A stretch of DNA of 64,000 bases, from NCBI GenBank assembly GCA_034722055.1, contig JAYENL010000256.1:744-64743 (forward strand), in the 5' to 3' direction. This DNA comes from Armatimonadota bacterium (GTDB taxonomy: Bacteria; Armatimonadota; Zipacnadia; Zipacnadales; UBA5352). Each line of letters begins with the position of its first letter. Position 1 is the first letter of the stretch. This document shows, in pieces, positions 16,787 through 26,909 of this stretch. Under the pieces are notes generated by a model. The model saw only the letters and a program-made list of their open reading frames with translations, searched no databases and was not told where the DNA came from. Made by a program: the position numbers and the translations under genes.

Positions 16787-19258
16787 TCAGCCTCCCGCCA
16801 CCAGCCTCACGGGCCCGACGAAGATCGTGGTCGTGTAGTTGCCCACCGGGCGCCTGTCGAGCAACTGCAGCGTCAGGTCGAGCTCTTCGACGCCCTCGGC
16901 CAGCTCCGTGACGTCGATGCTGCTCCACTCGTTGCCGCCGCGCCGCGTGAGAGCGATGTCCTCCTCCCAGATGACCTCGCCCTCGTGCAGTAGCTGGTAG
17001 AAGCGGTAGCCCGTCCACCGGTCGCTGTCGTACTCGTCCGTGAGATGAAGCTGCAGACGCAGCTCGCCCTGGGCGTCGGCGCAGTCGAGGCTGAACTCAA
17101 CCCGGCAGAAGTCGCCCGGTGTCGAGGCCGTGTGGCCGGGGAAGCTCATCACGAAGGCCCGCGGCTGATCGGGCGGATAGAGGCCGGTCAGCCACGCGCC
17201 CCGGTGCGTGACCAGCGAGCCCGCGAGCTGCTCGGGGGTCACTACGTCGATGACCTCGCCCTCCTGTAGCGGGCTGTCGATGTTCGCCAGCATCGCCTCC
17301 AGGTCCAGCTCAGTCTCCCGATCGGCGATCCGCCTCTGCAGCGCCTCCTGCCGCCTCTGCAGCTCCCCGCGCCAGAACTCCACGTCGCCCTCAGCCCGCT
17401 GCAGCCAGTACTCCTGGTAGGTCTCCATCGCCAGCAGCCCGGACAGCGCCTCCGTGACCTGCGCCGCCTGCCGCTGCAGCCTCGGCCGCACGGCCTCGCA
17501 CAGCTCCTGGACGCCCTCCGTGTCGCCGGCCCGCATTCGCGCCAGGACCTGCGCCTCGTGCTCCGGCCACCCCTGCTCCGGCCGCTCCTCCAGACCGATC
17601 AGCACCCGGGCGGCTCGCAGCTCGGCCCGCATCGGCTCCAGGAAGCGCTCCTCCAGCCGCTCCTCCGAGAGCAGTGAGCCCTCGGGCGCGCTGTCGGCGA
17701 TGCTGGCGGCCAACTGCTGCAGGCGCTCGATCTGTGCCTGCGCGTCAGATCTGTCGCTTGAGGGCTTCAGGATCGGGGGGAAGTTGTTGGCCGGATCGGG
17801 TCGCCGGTCGGGGAGCTGGAACTGCTCCTTGAGCTCGTGGAGCCCGTCATCAAGCTGCATCATCGGCTCGACGTTGTCCGGCCCGTAGACCGTCTCGTAG
17901 ATGGCCCGCCGGGTCGCCTCGAAGTCGTGCCCCTCGGGGTCCCACGCCCAGATGCCGAGGACGCGAGAGGTGTACTCCGGCTGCCAGCCGCCCCACATCA
18001 TCACGGTGTCGGTGTTGCGGGGCGCGTCGCGCAGATCGTCGTACTGCGGGCTGTGCCAGCCCCAGGTCAGCGGCGGGACCTCCATGTAGGAGGGCAGACC
18101 ATCGGGTCGGAAGGACTGCCCGCCGTAGCTGCCGTGGGTGAAGCCCGCGTCGGTACGCGGCCAGTTGTGCCACCACGCAGGCAGGCTCTGCAGGCCGATG
18201 TCCCGCGCGGAGGCCACGTCCTCGGCCTTGGGCGGCCGGGTGAAGAACCAGGTCGCCTCCGCCATGCCCGGAACCTGCGCCATCTCGCGGTTGAAGTCGG
18301 TGTCGATATGCTGGTAGGAGCCGGAGGGAGGGGTGGTGGCGATCTTCCGGCCGGTGATGCCGTGCTCCCGGCCCAGCTCGATGACGCGGCGGGCCAGCTC
18401 GGTGGTGCCCTCGCCGCCTCCCGGATCGTCGAAGGAGATCCAGAGGCCGTCAACGCCCAGGCCAATCAGCTCCTCGAAGGTGCGGATCACGCCGTCGAAC
18501 TGCTCGGGGTTCACGCCGCACGAGACGGTGCCGAAGACGAACAGCCCCCGCCGGTGGGCCTCTTCGATGCAGCGGCCGATCTGCTCGTGGTCGAGCTCGC
18601 CATCCGGCCCGTAGCCGAAGGCGCCCTCGCGCACGTCGATGAAGTTGAGTCCGGCCCACAGGTAGGCGTCCAGCACGCCGGGCGCCAGGTGCTCCGAGAC
18701 GCGCGTGTAGGGCCTGCCGCGCCAGGGGATGCTCGGCCAGTCGCGAATGAGGGCGGCCGGCAGCTCCAGCCCCTCGCCGCCTTCCCGCAGAAGTCTGAAG
18801 AGCGTCTGCACGCCGTAGATCACGCCCCGATCGTTGGAGCCGCACACCAGGACGATGTCCCTTCCGTCCAGCACCTCCACGATGTAGGCGTCCTGGCCCG
18901 GGCTCTCCGCAACCAGGTCTATCCCTCGCTCGCGACACAGCTCCGCGACCCGCTCGCTCGTGGACGCCTGGCCCAGCAGGATGACCGGCCCGTCCGTGGC
19001 AGGGGCATCCTCCTCGGCAGCCACCGCAAGCTCCACGCCGAACCGCCGACGGACAAGCTCCTGCAGGCGTTCGGCGGCGTATCGCTCCGTCGCCGTCGCC
19101 TCGCTGCCGAGTACGATGGTCGTCTCGGCCGGCGACAGAGACACGGTTCGCTCGTGGCTGGTGACCTCCTTGGGCGCCGGCACCAGGTTCACCTCATCTG
19201 CGGCATGGCCGAGCATAAGGGGCCCCACGATCATCACCGCCATCACGCATAGTCTCAT
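16787..19258 (-). CDS. Secreted putative glycoside hydrolase with a GH20b/GH67N-type N-terminal domain, a TIM-barrel-like core and a long helical plus beta-sandwich C-terminus
   Basis: GGAGG lies before the ATG at 19258. Signal peptide 'MRLCVMAVMIVGPLMLGHA'. The N-domain pattern 'LVPAPKEV...VILLG...GQDAYIVEV...IVLVCGSNDRGVIYGVQTLFRLL...IRDWPSIPWRG' matches the zincin-like N-domain preceding GH20/GH84/GH67 barrels. Confidence 0.6.
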   Translation of the reverse strand: MRLCVMAVMIVGPLMLGHAADEVNLVPAPKEVTSHERTVSLSPAETTIVLGSEATATERYAAERLQELVRRRFGVELAVAAEEDAPATDGPVILLGQASTSERVAELCRERGIDLVAESPGQDAYIVEVLDGRDIVLVCGSNDRGVIYGVQTLFRLLREGGEGLELPAALIRDWPSIPWRGRPYTRVSEHLAPGVLDAYLWAGLNFIDVREGAFGYGPDGELDHEQIGRCIEEAHRRGLFVFGTVSCGVNPEQFDGVIRTFEELIGLGVDGLWISFDDPGGGEGTTELARRVIELGREHGITGRKIATTPPSGSYQHIDTDFNREMAQVPGMAEATWFFTRPPKAEDVASARDIGLQSLPAWWHNWPRTDAGFTHGSYGGQSFRPDGLPSYMEVPPLTWGWHSPQYDDLRDAPRNTDTVMMWGGWQPEYTSRVLGIWAWDPEGHDFEATRRAIYETVYGPDNVEPMMQLDDGLHELKEQFQLPDRRPDPANNFPPILKPSSDRSDAQAQIERLQQLAASIADSAPEGSLLSEERLEERFLEPMRAELRAARVLIGLEERPEQGWPEHEAQVLARMRAGDTEGVQELCEAVRPRLQRQAAQVTEALSGLLAMETYQEYWLQRAEGDVEFWRGELQRRQEALQRRIADRETELDLEAMLANIDSPLQEGEVIDVVTPEQLAGSLVTHRGAWLTGLYPPDQPRAFVMSFPGHTASTPGDFCRVEFSLDCADAQGELRLQLHLTDEYDSDRWTGYRFYQLLHEGEVIWEEDIALTRRGGNEWSSIDVTELAEGVEELDLTLQLLDRRPVGNYTTTIFVGPVRLVAGG

Positions 19259-19342
19259 CGTACGAACCTCCCCAGCGTAGAGTGCGAACGAATACCCATC
19301 GGCAGGCTCCGGTGCCGTGCCCGCATCGCGGGCCGGCGGGCG

Positions 19343-22300
19343 TCACTCGCCGGGCAGCACCTGCCGCAGATCGACGATTGCGTCGGCGAGCCGGGCGCGC
19401 TCCCGCAGAAGGTGGCGCGGGTCCTTCGCGTAGTGGGTGGGGCTCTCCGCCAGCCGGTCGGGCGCCGCCAGTGCTGCCCGGGCCTGCGAGAGCAGCCCTG
19501 CCAGCCGCTGCCGCTGCTCTCCCTGCAGGCGCGCCAGTCGATCCTCGCCGCGCGCGATGAGCCGCTTCAACGTCCAGATGTACTCCAGGTCCTCCAGCCC
19601 ATCGCGCAGTGTCTCCAGCCTCAGCGTGATGACCGGCCCGGCCAGGACGGGCTCGTCGGAGGGCTGGCGGCACGCCGGGTACATGAAGAACCCGTCGCCG
19701 TTGCCGTGGAAGCGCTCACCGGAGGGATCGACGGCGGCGACGTTCTCCCAGGGATTGCGCCGCCACGAGGTGGTCTGCCAGTAGAGGGAGCCCTCCACGT
19801 TGTACTTGTCCATCATCCAGAAGCGGATGCGGTGGTTGATGGCCGGGTGGTCGATGAAGTTGTTGGGGTAGGGCGCCCTTGGCCCGCAGCACACGTACCA
19901 CCACACCTCGTCACCCGCCTCCTGCCGCTGTCGGCAGACCTCAGGATCGAAGCGGCTCAGCAGCGGCACCCACAGGTCAACGTGGCCGACCAGCGGCTCC
20001 TCCACCTGCTCGGTCAGCAGCCGCTTCAGCCCCGGGCAGCTCTCCGCGAGCACGTCCATGCCCTCCGCCACATACGCGTACTCCTCCTCATGCGGCTCGT
20101 CGAACCAGTACGCGTAGGCTTTCTCCAGCCACCCGCGCTCGCGGAGGTGCTCGACGATGGGGCCGAACACCCTCCTGTGCAGCCGCCGATACTCGGGCGT
20201 GAAGCGGCCGTGGCCCGCCAGGTGGCCCGGCATGCACGGGAGGCGGAAGCTGGTGAACTTCCACTCATCGAGGTACCTCTCCGCCGCGGCGTCGAACTCG
20301 GAGAAGTCGTGGCTGATCTCCACGCGCTCCCTGACATCGGCCTCGATCCGGGCGCCCTCCACCGCCGGCTGGTCCGCCGCGAGGGACTCCCTGAGCTCGC
20401 TCGCCACGGAGAGCATCTGCTCCTCGCTCGCCGCGTCGCCGGCGAAGAAGACCCTGATCGGCCCGAAGCCTTCGACCTCCTCGCCCGGCTCCAGCCAGAC
20501 CTCCTTCCGGCTGTAGAACGACTTCGGCGGATTGCCAACGAGCTTCTCGGCGGTGGTCAGGCCGGCGATCATGCGGCCATCCGCGGAGAGCCATCCAGCG
20601 CAGCGTGGAGTCTTGATCTTCTGCGCGTCCTCCGCCGCGGGCTCGAGGATGTAGTAGTAGCCCCGAAGCTGGTAGCGGACCTCAGAGGTGTTCTTGAAGC
20701 GCACCATGCGCGCCGCCACCGCCGGCCTGCCGGCCGCGATGGCGAAGCGGAAGGTGGTCTCGTAGGCCCTGTGCGCCGGTCCACCGCCCAGGCGAGCGCC
20801 GGTGATCTCCATCACCCATCCGTCCGGACCGCTCTCGATGATTCTGACGTCCTTGAGGGCGTTGATGCCCGGCCAGCCGACGCCCGTGCCCTGGTAACCG
20901 ACGCCCTCGCGCTCGAACTGCGTGATGGTATTGGTCAGGCGCCCCAGCAGCTCGCTGTCGCGGGCGAAGCTGAAGTAGGTGTCGCTGAACGTGTCGCACA
21001 CCAGCTCCAGGCCGCCGGTTTTCAGCCGCCACCGCGGCCCGTCGATGCTCCACCTGATGCCATCGAACATGAAGGGGTCGTAGGGCGACAGCCGGTGCCG
21101 CCACATGGCGCGCATATACTTGAGGTAGACCTCCCGCTTCTGATCGACGGTCTGCAGGCCCAGCACATCCCAGTGCGGCCTCAGGCCGTAGGCGGTGCGG
21201 GTGTGCGTCTCATCGGTGAGCGTGAAGTCCAGCACCCGCAGTCGTATCGGCAGCTCAAAGGCCTCCCGCCCGGGCGGTTCCACTTGCAGGGCGCCGCGAT
21301 ACTGCCCGGCCGGGGTGCCCGGAGGCACGCGCACCGTCACCCACAGCACGGTGTTGCGATCCGCCGGCAGATCGAGGCTCCCATCCACCGCCACCAGCGG
21401 ATCCGGGTAGAGCCCCGTGCTTCCGAAGGCGTCGCTGGGCTGCCGGACCTCGACGTACTCCACGCGATACAGATCCAGGTTATGCTCGCCGATGACGCCC
21501 GGCACGCCGCGCAGGGGCGTCAGCCTGACCTGAACGTCCCGCAGCTCCTCCTTGGGTCTGAGCACAAGCTGCAGGCTCTCATACTCGTTCCTGGCGCACT
21601 CCAGGGTCGCGAAGCCCTCCTCCCGCTCGGGTACCGCCCTCTGAGGCGAGATCTTGTAGAGGCTGCGCGCCCACCAGCTCTGGCAGTACTCGGGTGCGGG
21701 CAGGCGGCTGCCGAAGTCCTGCGCCAGCAGGATGGGCACCGTGAAGGTCAGCGTGCGCGCCGCCACGAGGCTGCCGGTCGTCGCCTCGCGCACCAGCAGG
21801 CAGAGGTTGCTGGCGCCGCTGCCGGAAATGCGATACTGCGCGGTCCGCTGCATGCTCTCGCCCGGCGGCAGCTCGCCGAGCCTGACCTCCTCCCGCCGCA
21901 GGGCTTCGTTTGTGCCCACTCTCAGCTCGCCCTCCAGCGTCAGACGCGAGGCGTCGCGGTTGTCGAGGCGCACCTCCAGCTCGTTCCGGCCATCGGGCAA
22001 CAGCTCGCCGACGGAGGGGATCTCCAGGTGCACCCGCGGGCACTCCCGGCGCGCCCCAAGAAGCACGGTGGCATTGCGGTGAGGATTGTGGAAGCCTCCG
22101 TGTGTGGGCACCCAGCATGACAGCTCATCGATGCGTGGCGCCGACCGGCAGATGTTCAGTCCCACCGCGGTGTCGCGCCCCAGCTCCAGGCCCACCTCGC
22201 TGAACGGGATGGCCATCTCGACCGACCAGCCGGGCCCGCCGACCGCCACCGCCGATCGCCACCCGGCATTCCAGGCCACGTCCTCGGGGGTCTTCCCGCC

Positions 22301-22762
22301 CATGGCACGAGACTCATCGCGCTGCACGTTCGCGGCATTGACCAGGAAGTGGTAGTAGGTCCGGAAGTCGAGGTCGGTGTCGAGGAACACCTCGACGCAG
22401 TCATCGAGGTAGACATCGCTGTCGCGCTCAGTGTGCTCGGTGAGGAGCTGGTCAGGGTGCGGCTCCCGGCACTGCACGCCCACGTAGAGGCTCTCGCCGT
22501 CATGGGCGATCCGGGCGGCCGTCCACAGCTCCGTGGGCTCGTCCTGCGGCGTCACGAAGGCGCCCGTGCGCACGCCCTGATCCCAACACTGGTCATCCAG
22601 CCGCCCGTCGATGGTCGGCGCCCGCTCCGAGGCCGGACATCGCCGCACCGTCAGCCACTCGTGCGCCACCTCCCCGACCGCCGCCCCTGCCCACGTCGCG
22701 GACATGACCTGTAGCGCAACAACGGCACACAGTGCGGGCGCAGATCGCTTGCACCTTCGCAT
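19343..22762 (-). CDS. Secreted CBM9/DOMON-like + DUF4091 (GH123-like) glycoside-hydrolase-like protein, 1139 aa
   Basis: Signal peptide 'ALCAVVALQVMSATWAGA'. CBM9-like 'APTIDGRLDDQCWDQGVRTGAFV...YVGVQC'. DUF4091-like C-terminal block 'DEVWWYVCCGPRAPYPNNFIDHPAINHRIRFWMMDKYNVEGSLYWQTTSW...DGLEDLEYIW'. Confidence 0.7.
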   Translation of the reverse strand: MRRCKRSAPALCAVVALQVMSATWAGAAVGEVAHEWLTVRRCPASERAPTIDGRLDDQCWDQGVRTGAFVTPQDEPTELWTAARIAHDGESLYVGVQCREPHPDQLLTEHTERDSDVYLDDCVEVFLDTDLDFRTYYHFLVNAANVQRDESRAMGGKTPEDVAWNAGWRSAVAVGGPGWSVEMAIPFSEVGLELGRDTAVGLNICRSAPRIDELSCWVPTHGGFHNPHRNATVLLGARRECPRVHLEIPSVGELLPDGRNELEVRLDNRDASRLTLEGELRVGTNEALRREEVRLGELPPGESMQRTAQYRISGSGASNLCLLVREATTGSLVAARTLTFTVPILLAQDFGSRLPAPEYCQSWWARSLYKISPQRAVPEREEGFATLECARNEYESLQLVLRPKEELRDVQVRLTPLRGVPGVIGEHNLDLYRVEYVEVRQPSDAFGSTGLYPDPLVAVDGSLDLPADRNTVLWVTVRVPPGTPAGQYRGALQVEPPGREAFELPIRLRVLDFTLTDETHTRTAYGLRPHWDVLGLQTVDQKREVYLKYMRAMWRHRLSPYDPFMFDGIRWSIDGPRWRLKTGGLELVCDTFSDTYFSFARDSELLGRLTNTITQFEREGVGYQGTGVGWPGINALKDVRIIESGPDGWVMEITGARLGGGPAHRAYETTFRFAIAAGRPAVAARMVRFKNTSEVRYQLRGYYYILEPAAEDAQKIKTPRCAGWLSADGRMIAGLTTAEKLVGNPPKSFYSRKEVWLEPGEEVEGFGPIRVFFAGDAASEEQMLSVASELRESLAADQPAVEGARIEADVRERVEISHDFSEFDAAAERYLDEWKFTSFRLPCMPGHLAGHGRFTPEYRRLHRRVFGPIVEHLRERGWLEKAYAYWFDEPHEEEYAYVAEGMDVLAESCPGLKRLLTEQVEEPLVGHVDLWVPLLSRFDPEVCRQRQEAGDEVWWYVCCGPRAPYPNNFIDHPAINHRIRFWMMDKYNVEGSLYWQTTSWRRNPWENVAAVDPSGERFHGNGDGFFMYPACRQPSDEPVLAGPVITLRLETLRDGLEDLEYIWTLKRLIARGEDRLARLQGEQRQRLAGLLSQARAALAAPDRLAESPTHYAKDPRHLLRERARLADAIVDLRQVLPGE

Positions 22763-22919
22763 CTTATCTCACCCGCCCCAGAGAACCGATCTCGTCCGGA
22801 GTTGTACCGCGAACATCAACCGGGATGAATCCGAGGGACTGGCGCGCCCCGCCGTCCAGCGGATTCTGGCTGTCAGCTTCGAGGAATCGGGCTCCCGCGC
22901 CTTCACCGCAGCGCAGTCA

Positions 22920-25571
22920 TCAGAGGGCGCGCTCCACGGCCGCCGCCAGGCGGTGCGGCGGCAGCGAGTGGCTGGTCACGTATACCGGCACCCACCCAAG
23001 CTCGTGGCTCTCCCCGTCGATCGGCACGCCCATCATGTCCAGCACGCGGCACCCGTCCGGCAACGCGGTGATGTCGAGCCGGGCCGTCTCGCTGCCGACG
23101 AGCCGCCACAGCACCGCGACGCTGTCCCCGCTGTTGGCCTCGAAGGCCGCGCCGTACCCGCCCTCGCCCAGGCGCAGCTTGCGCGAGAACTCAGGGTGGC
23201 TGCCCAGCAGCGAGACCATGGCGTTGTGGGCGGCGAAGGCCTTCCGGGGCGCCGCGCGATACTCGAAGAAGGAGTCGAAGAGCAGGTGCGGACGGTTGAT
23301 GCGCGTGGCCCAATGCGAGGTATGCTGGAAGAACATCTCCACGCCGTTGGCCATGCCCACCACGTAGAACTGGATGGCGAAGGCCGCCGCTCGCAGCTCC
23401 GTGCGGACCCGTCCGGTTGGCGGCCACTCCGGGATGGTCGGCGCCGGGTCATCGTCGGCCCCGTAGAGCCACTCAGTGCACCAGATGGGCCTGCGGTCGC
23501 CGCTGCGCTCCATGGCCTCGTTGAGCATCTCCAGGCCGGCCTCCAGGGCCGCCGGCTGGGCGTTCCCGGGGTAGATGTGCACGTTGACGGCATCCATCCA
23601 CTCCGTCCCTCCGCCCTGCAGGAACTGCTCGTACCACTTGAAGGCCGGGCCGGGGCCGGCGCTCTTGCCGCCGACGATCCTGGCGCGATTCGACACCGAG
23701 CGCGCCGCCCGGTGCGCCGCCCGCATGATCGGGAGGTACTTCTCCGGCGGCAGCACCTCCGCGCTGGGCTCGTTGATGATCTCGAACCACTGCACGCGCC
23801 CGGCCGTATGCTGAACCGTCGCGGCCACGTAGTCCTCATATCCCGCCAGGTCGGCGGGCGGGTGCTTCAGCGGCCCGTAGAGCTGCCGACCGGTGGCCTC
23901 CAGCGCCTCCGGCGGCGCCGTGGAGTTCCACGGCACGGAGCACTCCGGCAGACACAGGAGCACGTGCATGCCCCGCTCAAGCACCCGGTTGATCTGCCGG
24001 TCCTGCTCATCAAACTCGAACGGCGCCCCCTCACTCTCCTGCACCTGGTGCCACTTGCACGACCAGTCGCGCACCCAGCTCATCCCGCCCTGCTGCCACA
24101 GGTCCATGCGCAGGTCCGAGGGCGCCGGGTGGTTGATGCCGAACCTGCCCGGCCTCTGCGCGATGCCGTTCCTCAGCTTCGCGACCAGCGCCGTGCGCAG
24201 GTCCGCCTCCGCCTCCCCAAGCGACGCCCGCGCCCGAAAGAAGCCCCGCGGCACGTCCAGCGCCACGGTCCGCGTGACGGCCTCCCCGGGGGACAGACTC
24301 AGCGCCACCTCCGCGGTGGCAGCGGTGCGATCCCAGGCGTCATCGGCAGCCACGGCGGCGGCCCGCTCCACCGGCTCCTCGGTCCAGTTGCAGGCATGCA
24401 GGCGCACCCGCAGCCGCTCGGGGAGGAAGAAGACGTTGCCCGGCCGGTCAGTGGTCAGAGCGATCTCCACCGGGTGGCGGGGCTCAAACTCCGTCGCGGT
24501 CGCGCCGCGCTCGAGCTGCACCGCGTCAAGGAGCAGCTCCCATGGCCCGGCCCCCTCGGGAATCGGCTCGCCCGCGCCGGGCAGGTCCTCAATCTGGAGG
24601 ACCACGAAGCACAGCGTGCCCGCCAGCTCGCCGGACGCCTCGATACGCTGCCAGCGGTCGGTCACGTCGAAGGTCTGCGAGAAGCCCCCGCGCGGATGGC
24701 AGATCACCCGCAGCGTGGCCCGCAGCGGCAGCGTCTCGCTGCGCACATACGCGGAGACGCAGTACCGCTGCCCCTCCTCCACGGGGTACCAGCCCTCGCT
24801 CACCGCCGAGCCGGCCAGCACCCGCCGAGTGCGCACCTCGTACCAATCGCTGTAGTACACGGGAGCGCTCTCCGGGTCGGCCGCGACCCGCAGGCAGTGC
24901 TGGCCGTCAACCCCGCCCGCCACCACCTCCCCCTGCAGCGTGTCCGCTCCCAGGCTCCCCCACCAGGCGTCGGCCAGTTCGAAGCTGGCGTTGCGCACTG
25001 AGTTCTTCCCCGGAGCCGCCGGAAGGGCCGCCTGCGTGGCCGGGGACTCGCTCTCGGTCAGCCTCACGTCATCCAGGTAGAGGGCGCCGGTGGCCGAAAA
25101 GAAGAACTCGAAGCGCGTGTCGAAGGCGTCGATCTCCCCCTGGAAGTGCATCTCGTACTCCTGCCAGACCTTCCCCGGGATGAAGCGGCGCACGAGTCCA
25201 GCGTTCACCCACGGATCGCGCTGGTAGATGGCCACGGAGGCCGCTGCACGGAGGTCCTCGGCGCGGGCGCGAAAGGTCAGCCGGTACCACTGCCCCCGCT
25301 CGATCTCCACCACGCCATCCTGGGCGGCGATGACCCAGCCGCCCTCGAAGCGGCTGCAGCTCAGCCGCAGGGCGTGGGTTCCGTCCGGCAGCGTCACCGC
25401 GAACAGGTTGGCCTCGTTGCCGTGAGTGGTCAGCGACCAGTGATTGGGATGATCCTCCGATACATCCTCGAAGGAGCCGTTGCGCAGCAGATTCTCGTCA
25501 TCCGCGGCTCCGGCCACGGCAACGCAGAGCACAGCCGCCGCGCAGCAGACACCGGCCACGGCAAGTCGCAT
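22920..25571 (-). CDS. Secreted CBM4_9-like modules + clan GH-A (TIM-barrel) glycoside hydrolase
   Basis: ATG at 25571 gives the signal peptide 'MRLAVAGVCCAAAVLCVAVAGA'. 'NLLRNGSFEDVSEDHPNHWSL' and 'NSVRNASFELADAWW' are CBM4_9-type. 'WFEIINEPS' (acid/base NEP) and 'IWCTEWLYG' (nucleophile Glu) are spaced as in clan GH-A. The start lies 4 nt after the upstream kinase stop. Confidence 0.7.
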   Translation of the reverse strand: MRLAVAGVCCAAAVLCVAVAGAADDENLLRNGSFEDVSEDHPNHWSLTTHGNEANLFAVTLPDGTHALRLSCSRFEGGWVIAAQDGVVEIERGQWYRLTFRARAEDLRAAASVAIYQRDPWVNAGLVRRFIPGKVWQEYEMHFQGEIDAFDTRFEFFFSATGALYLDDVRLTESESPATQAALPAAPGKNSVRNASFELADAWWGSLGADTLQGEVVAGGVDGQHCLRVAADPESAPVYYSDWYEVRTRRVLAGSAVSEGWYPVEEGQRYCVSAYVRSETLPLRATLRVICHPRGGFSQTFDVTDRWQRIEASGELAGTLCFVVLQIEDLPGAGEPIPEGAGPWELLLDAVQLERGATATEFEPRHPVEIALTTDRPGNVFFLPERLRVRLHACNWTEEPVERAAAVAADDAWDRTAATAEVALSLSPGEAVTRTVALDVPRGFFRARASLGEAEADLRTALVAKLRNGIAQRPGRFGINHPAPSDLRMDLWQQGGMSWVRDWSCKWHQVQESEGAPFEFDEQDRQINRVLERGMHVLLCLPECSVPWNSTAPPEALEATGRQLYGPLKHPPADLAGYEDYVAATVQHTAGRVQWFEIINEPSAEVLPPEKYLPIMRAAHRAARSVSNRARIVGGKSAGPGPAFKWYEQFLQGGGTEWMDAVNVHIYPGNAQPAALEAGLEMLNEAMERSGDRRPIWCTEWLYGADDDPAPTIPEWPPTGRVRTELRAAAFAIQFYVVGMANGVEMFFQHTSHWATRINRPHLLFDSFFEYRAAPRKAFAAHNAMVSLLGSHPEFSRKLRLGEGGYGAAFEANSGDSVAVLWRLVGSETARLDITALPDGCRVLDMMGVPIDGESHELGWVPVYVTSHSLPPHRLAAAVERAL

Positions 25572-25575
25572 TCGG

Positions 25576-26433
25576 TCATGCCTCCCCAGCAGCACCGGCT
25601 CCGGGCGCCGGCGCGCGGTCATCGCCGAGGGCGACCGTGAAGGTGACGACCGTGCCCTCGCCGGGCGCGCTCGAGATCTGAAGCTGTCCGCCCACCTGCT
25701 CCGCGCGCTGTCTCATGCTCGGAATGCCGAATCCGCTTTCCATAGTGGGCTCGTCCCCCGCCTGTGATGGATCGAAGCCCATGCCGTTGTCGGAGACAGT
25801 ACATTCCAGGAGGCGGTGATCGAGGCTGACAGCCACGCTCACCTCGCTCGCCTCCGCGTGCTTCTCAGCGTTCATCAGCGCCTCCTGCACGATCCGGAAG
25901 GCGGCCTGCTCAACGTCGGGCGGAAGCGGCGCCGGCTCGCCCTGAACGTCCACGGACACGGCCATGCTCGAGCGCTCACGGAAGAGCATGAGATGCTCGC
26001 GCAGCCCGTCCAGAAAGCCCTGACGCTCCACCGCCGGCGAGCGCAGGCGGCGGACGAGGTAGCGGAGCTCGTCGGCCGCCTGGCTGACCAGCAAGCGCTG
26101 GTTCACAGCCATGCGAGCGGCCTTGGCCGGGTCCTCGGCGAGCATGCGTTCGGCCACCTGGAGCCTGGTCGAGATGGCGGTCAGGCAGTGCTGAATGCCA
26201 TCGTGCATCTCCTGCGACAGGCTGCGCCGGTACTCGGCGATCCCGACCTGCTCGCGGAGCCTCGCCATCTCCTCCACGCGCTTGGTCTCCAGAATGGCGA
26301 AGCTGGTGGCGACCACGGTCACCACGGCCAATATCAGCAGCCGCGTGCCCAGGCTGCCGGAGTACTCCTCAGGAAACCCACCGGCCCACGTGGCCGCCAC
26401 ATAGAGGCCGGCGCTCGCCAAGCCGACCAGCAA
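25576..26433 (-). CDS. NarL-class sensor histidine kinase core (HisKA_3 + HATPase_c)
   Basis: H-box 'EMHDGIQHCLTAISTRL' (HisKA_3 type). 'VQEALMNAEKHA', 'VSDNGMGFDPS', 'GFGIPSMRQRAEQVGGQLQISSAPGEGTVVTFTV'. Two TM helices lie at its N-terminus. The listed start is a TTG; see the frameshift finding. Confidence 0.85.
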   Translation of the reverse strand: MLVGLASAGLYVAATWAGGFPEEYSGSLGTRLLILAVVTVVATSFAILETKRVEEMARLREQVGIAEYRRSLSQEMHDGIQHCLTAISTRLQVAERMLAEDPAKAARMAVNQRLLVSQAADELRYLVRRLRSPAVERQGFLDGLREHLMLFRERSSMAVSVDVQGEPAPLPPDVEQAAFRIVQEALMNAEKHAEASEVSVAVSLDHRLLECTVSDNGMGFDPSQAGDEPTMESGFGIPSMRQRAEQVGGQLQISSAPGEGTVVTFTVALGDDRAPAPGAGAAGEA

Positions 26434-26436
26434 CGT

Positions 26437-26765
26437 CCCGACCGGATGGCGTAGGTTGCGATGGGCCAGAAGTATAGCAGCGCTGCCTCGCTGTCGATCC
26501 CGCCGGTCAGCCGCACGGCGACGGTGATGATGATCAGATCGATGGCCACCCAGACGGGGTCCCAGGCCTGCGAGACCTTGACGAGAATCACGAGGACGGC
26601 CCGCAGCGCCAGGTAGCAGAGAGCTGCGCCGATCAGCACATAGAAGAGGGTGAGGCTCTGAACGCGGTCGCGCACGTCGCTGAGGCGGACCCAGTAGAGA
26701 CCATACAGGAGCATGGCCGCGTAGAGGCCGAAGAAGACCGCGGACCTGGTCCTGTCGCCGGCCAT
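26437..26765 (-). CDS. Four-TM membrane segment, most likely the frame-disrupted N-terminal sensor domain of the 25576-26433 kinase
   Basis: ATG at 26765 has AAGGAGG upstream. TM helices 'SAVFFGLYAAMLLYGLYWV', 'LTLFYVLIGAALCYLALRAVLVILV', 'PVWVAIDLIIITVAV', 'ALLYFWPIATYAI'. After about nt 26437 this frame loses GC3 bias, and the kinase frame gains it. Confidence 0.5.
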
Positions 26766-26909
26766 CCGTCTCGCCTCCTTGCCGGAGGGAACAGGCTGCC
26801 TGTGGGTTCGCCGGCGCGCCTGCTCGCCCCTCCCCCCCCGTGTCCGGTCATCGTCCGCTGGCTGGGCGATACATCGGCTCTCGCGAACGCAGTCGTCCGA
26901 AGGCCGGGA

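Noticed and set aside
19412-22120. 902-aa plus-strand ORF, and similar giants: 22611-25001, 27528-29699, 29906-32566, 34356-37592, 8016-8729, 9423-10841, 17837-19252, 40384-41460, 61470-62444.
   Set aside because: Each lies antisense to a gene with clear domain motifs. Their translations are Arg/Ala/Gly/Pro/His-rich low-complexity with no motifs. Long stop-free antisense frames are expected at this GC content.
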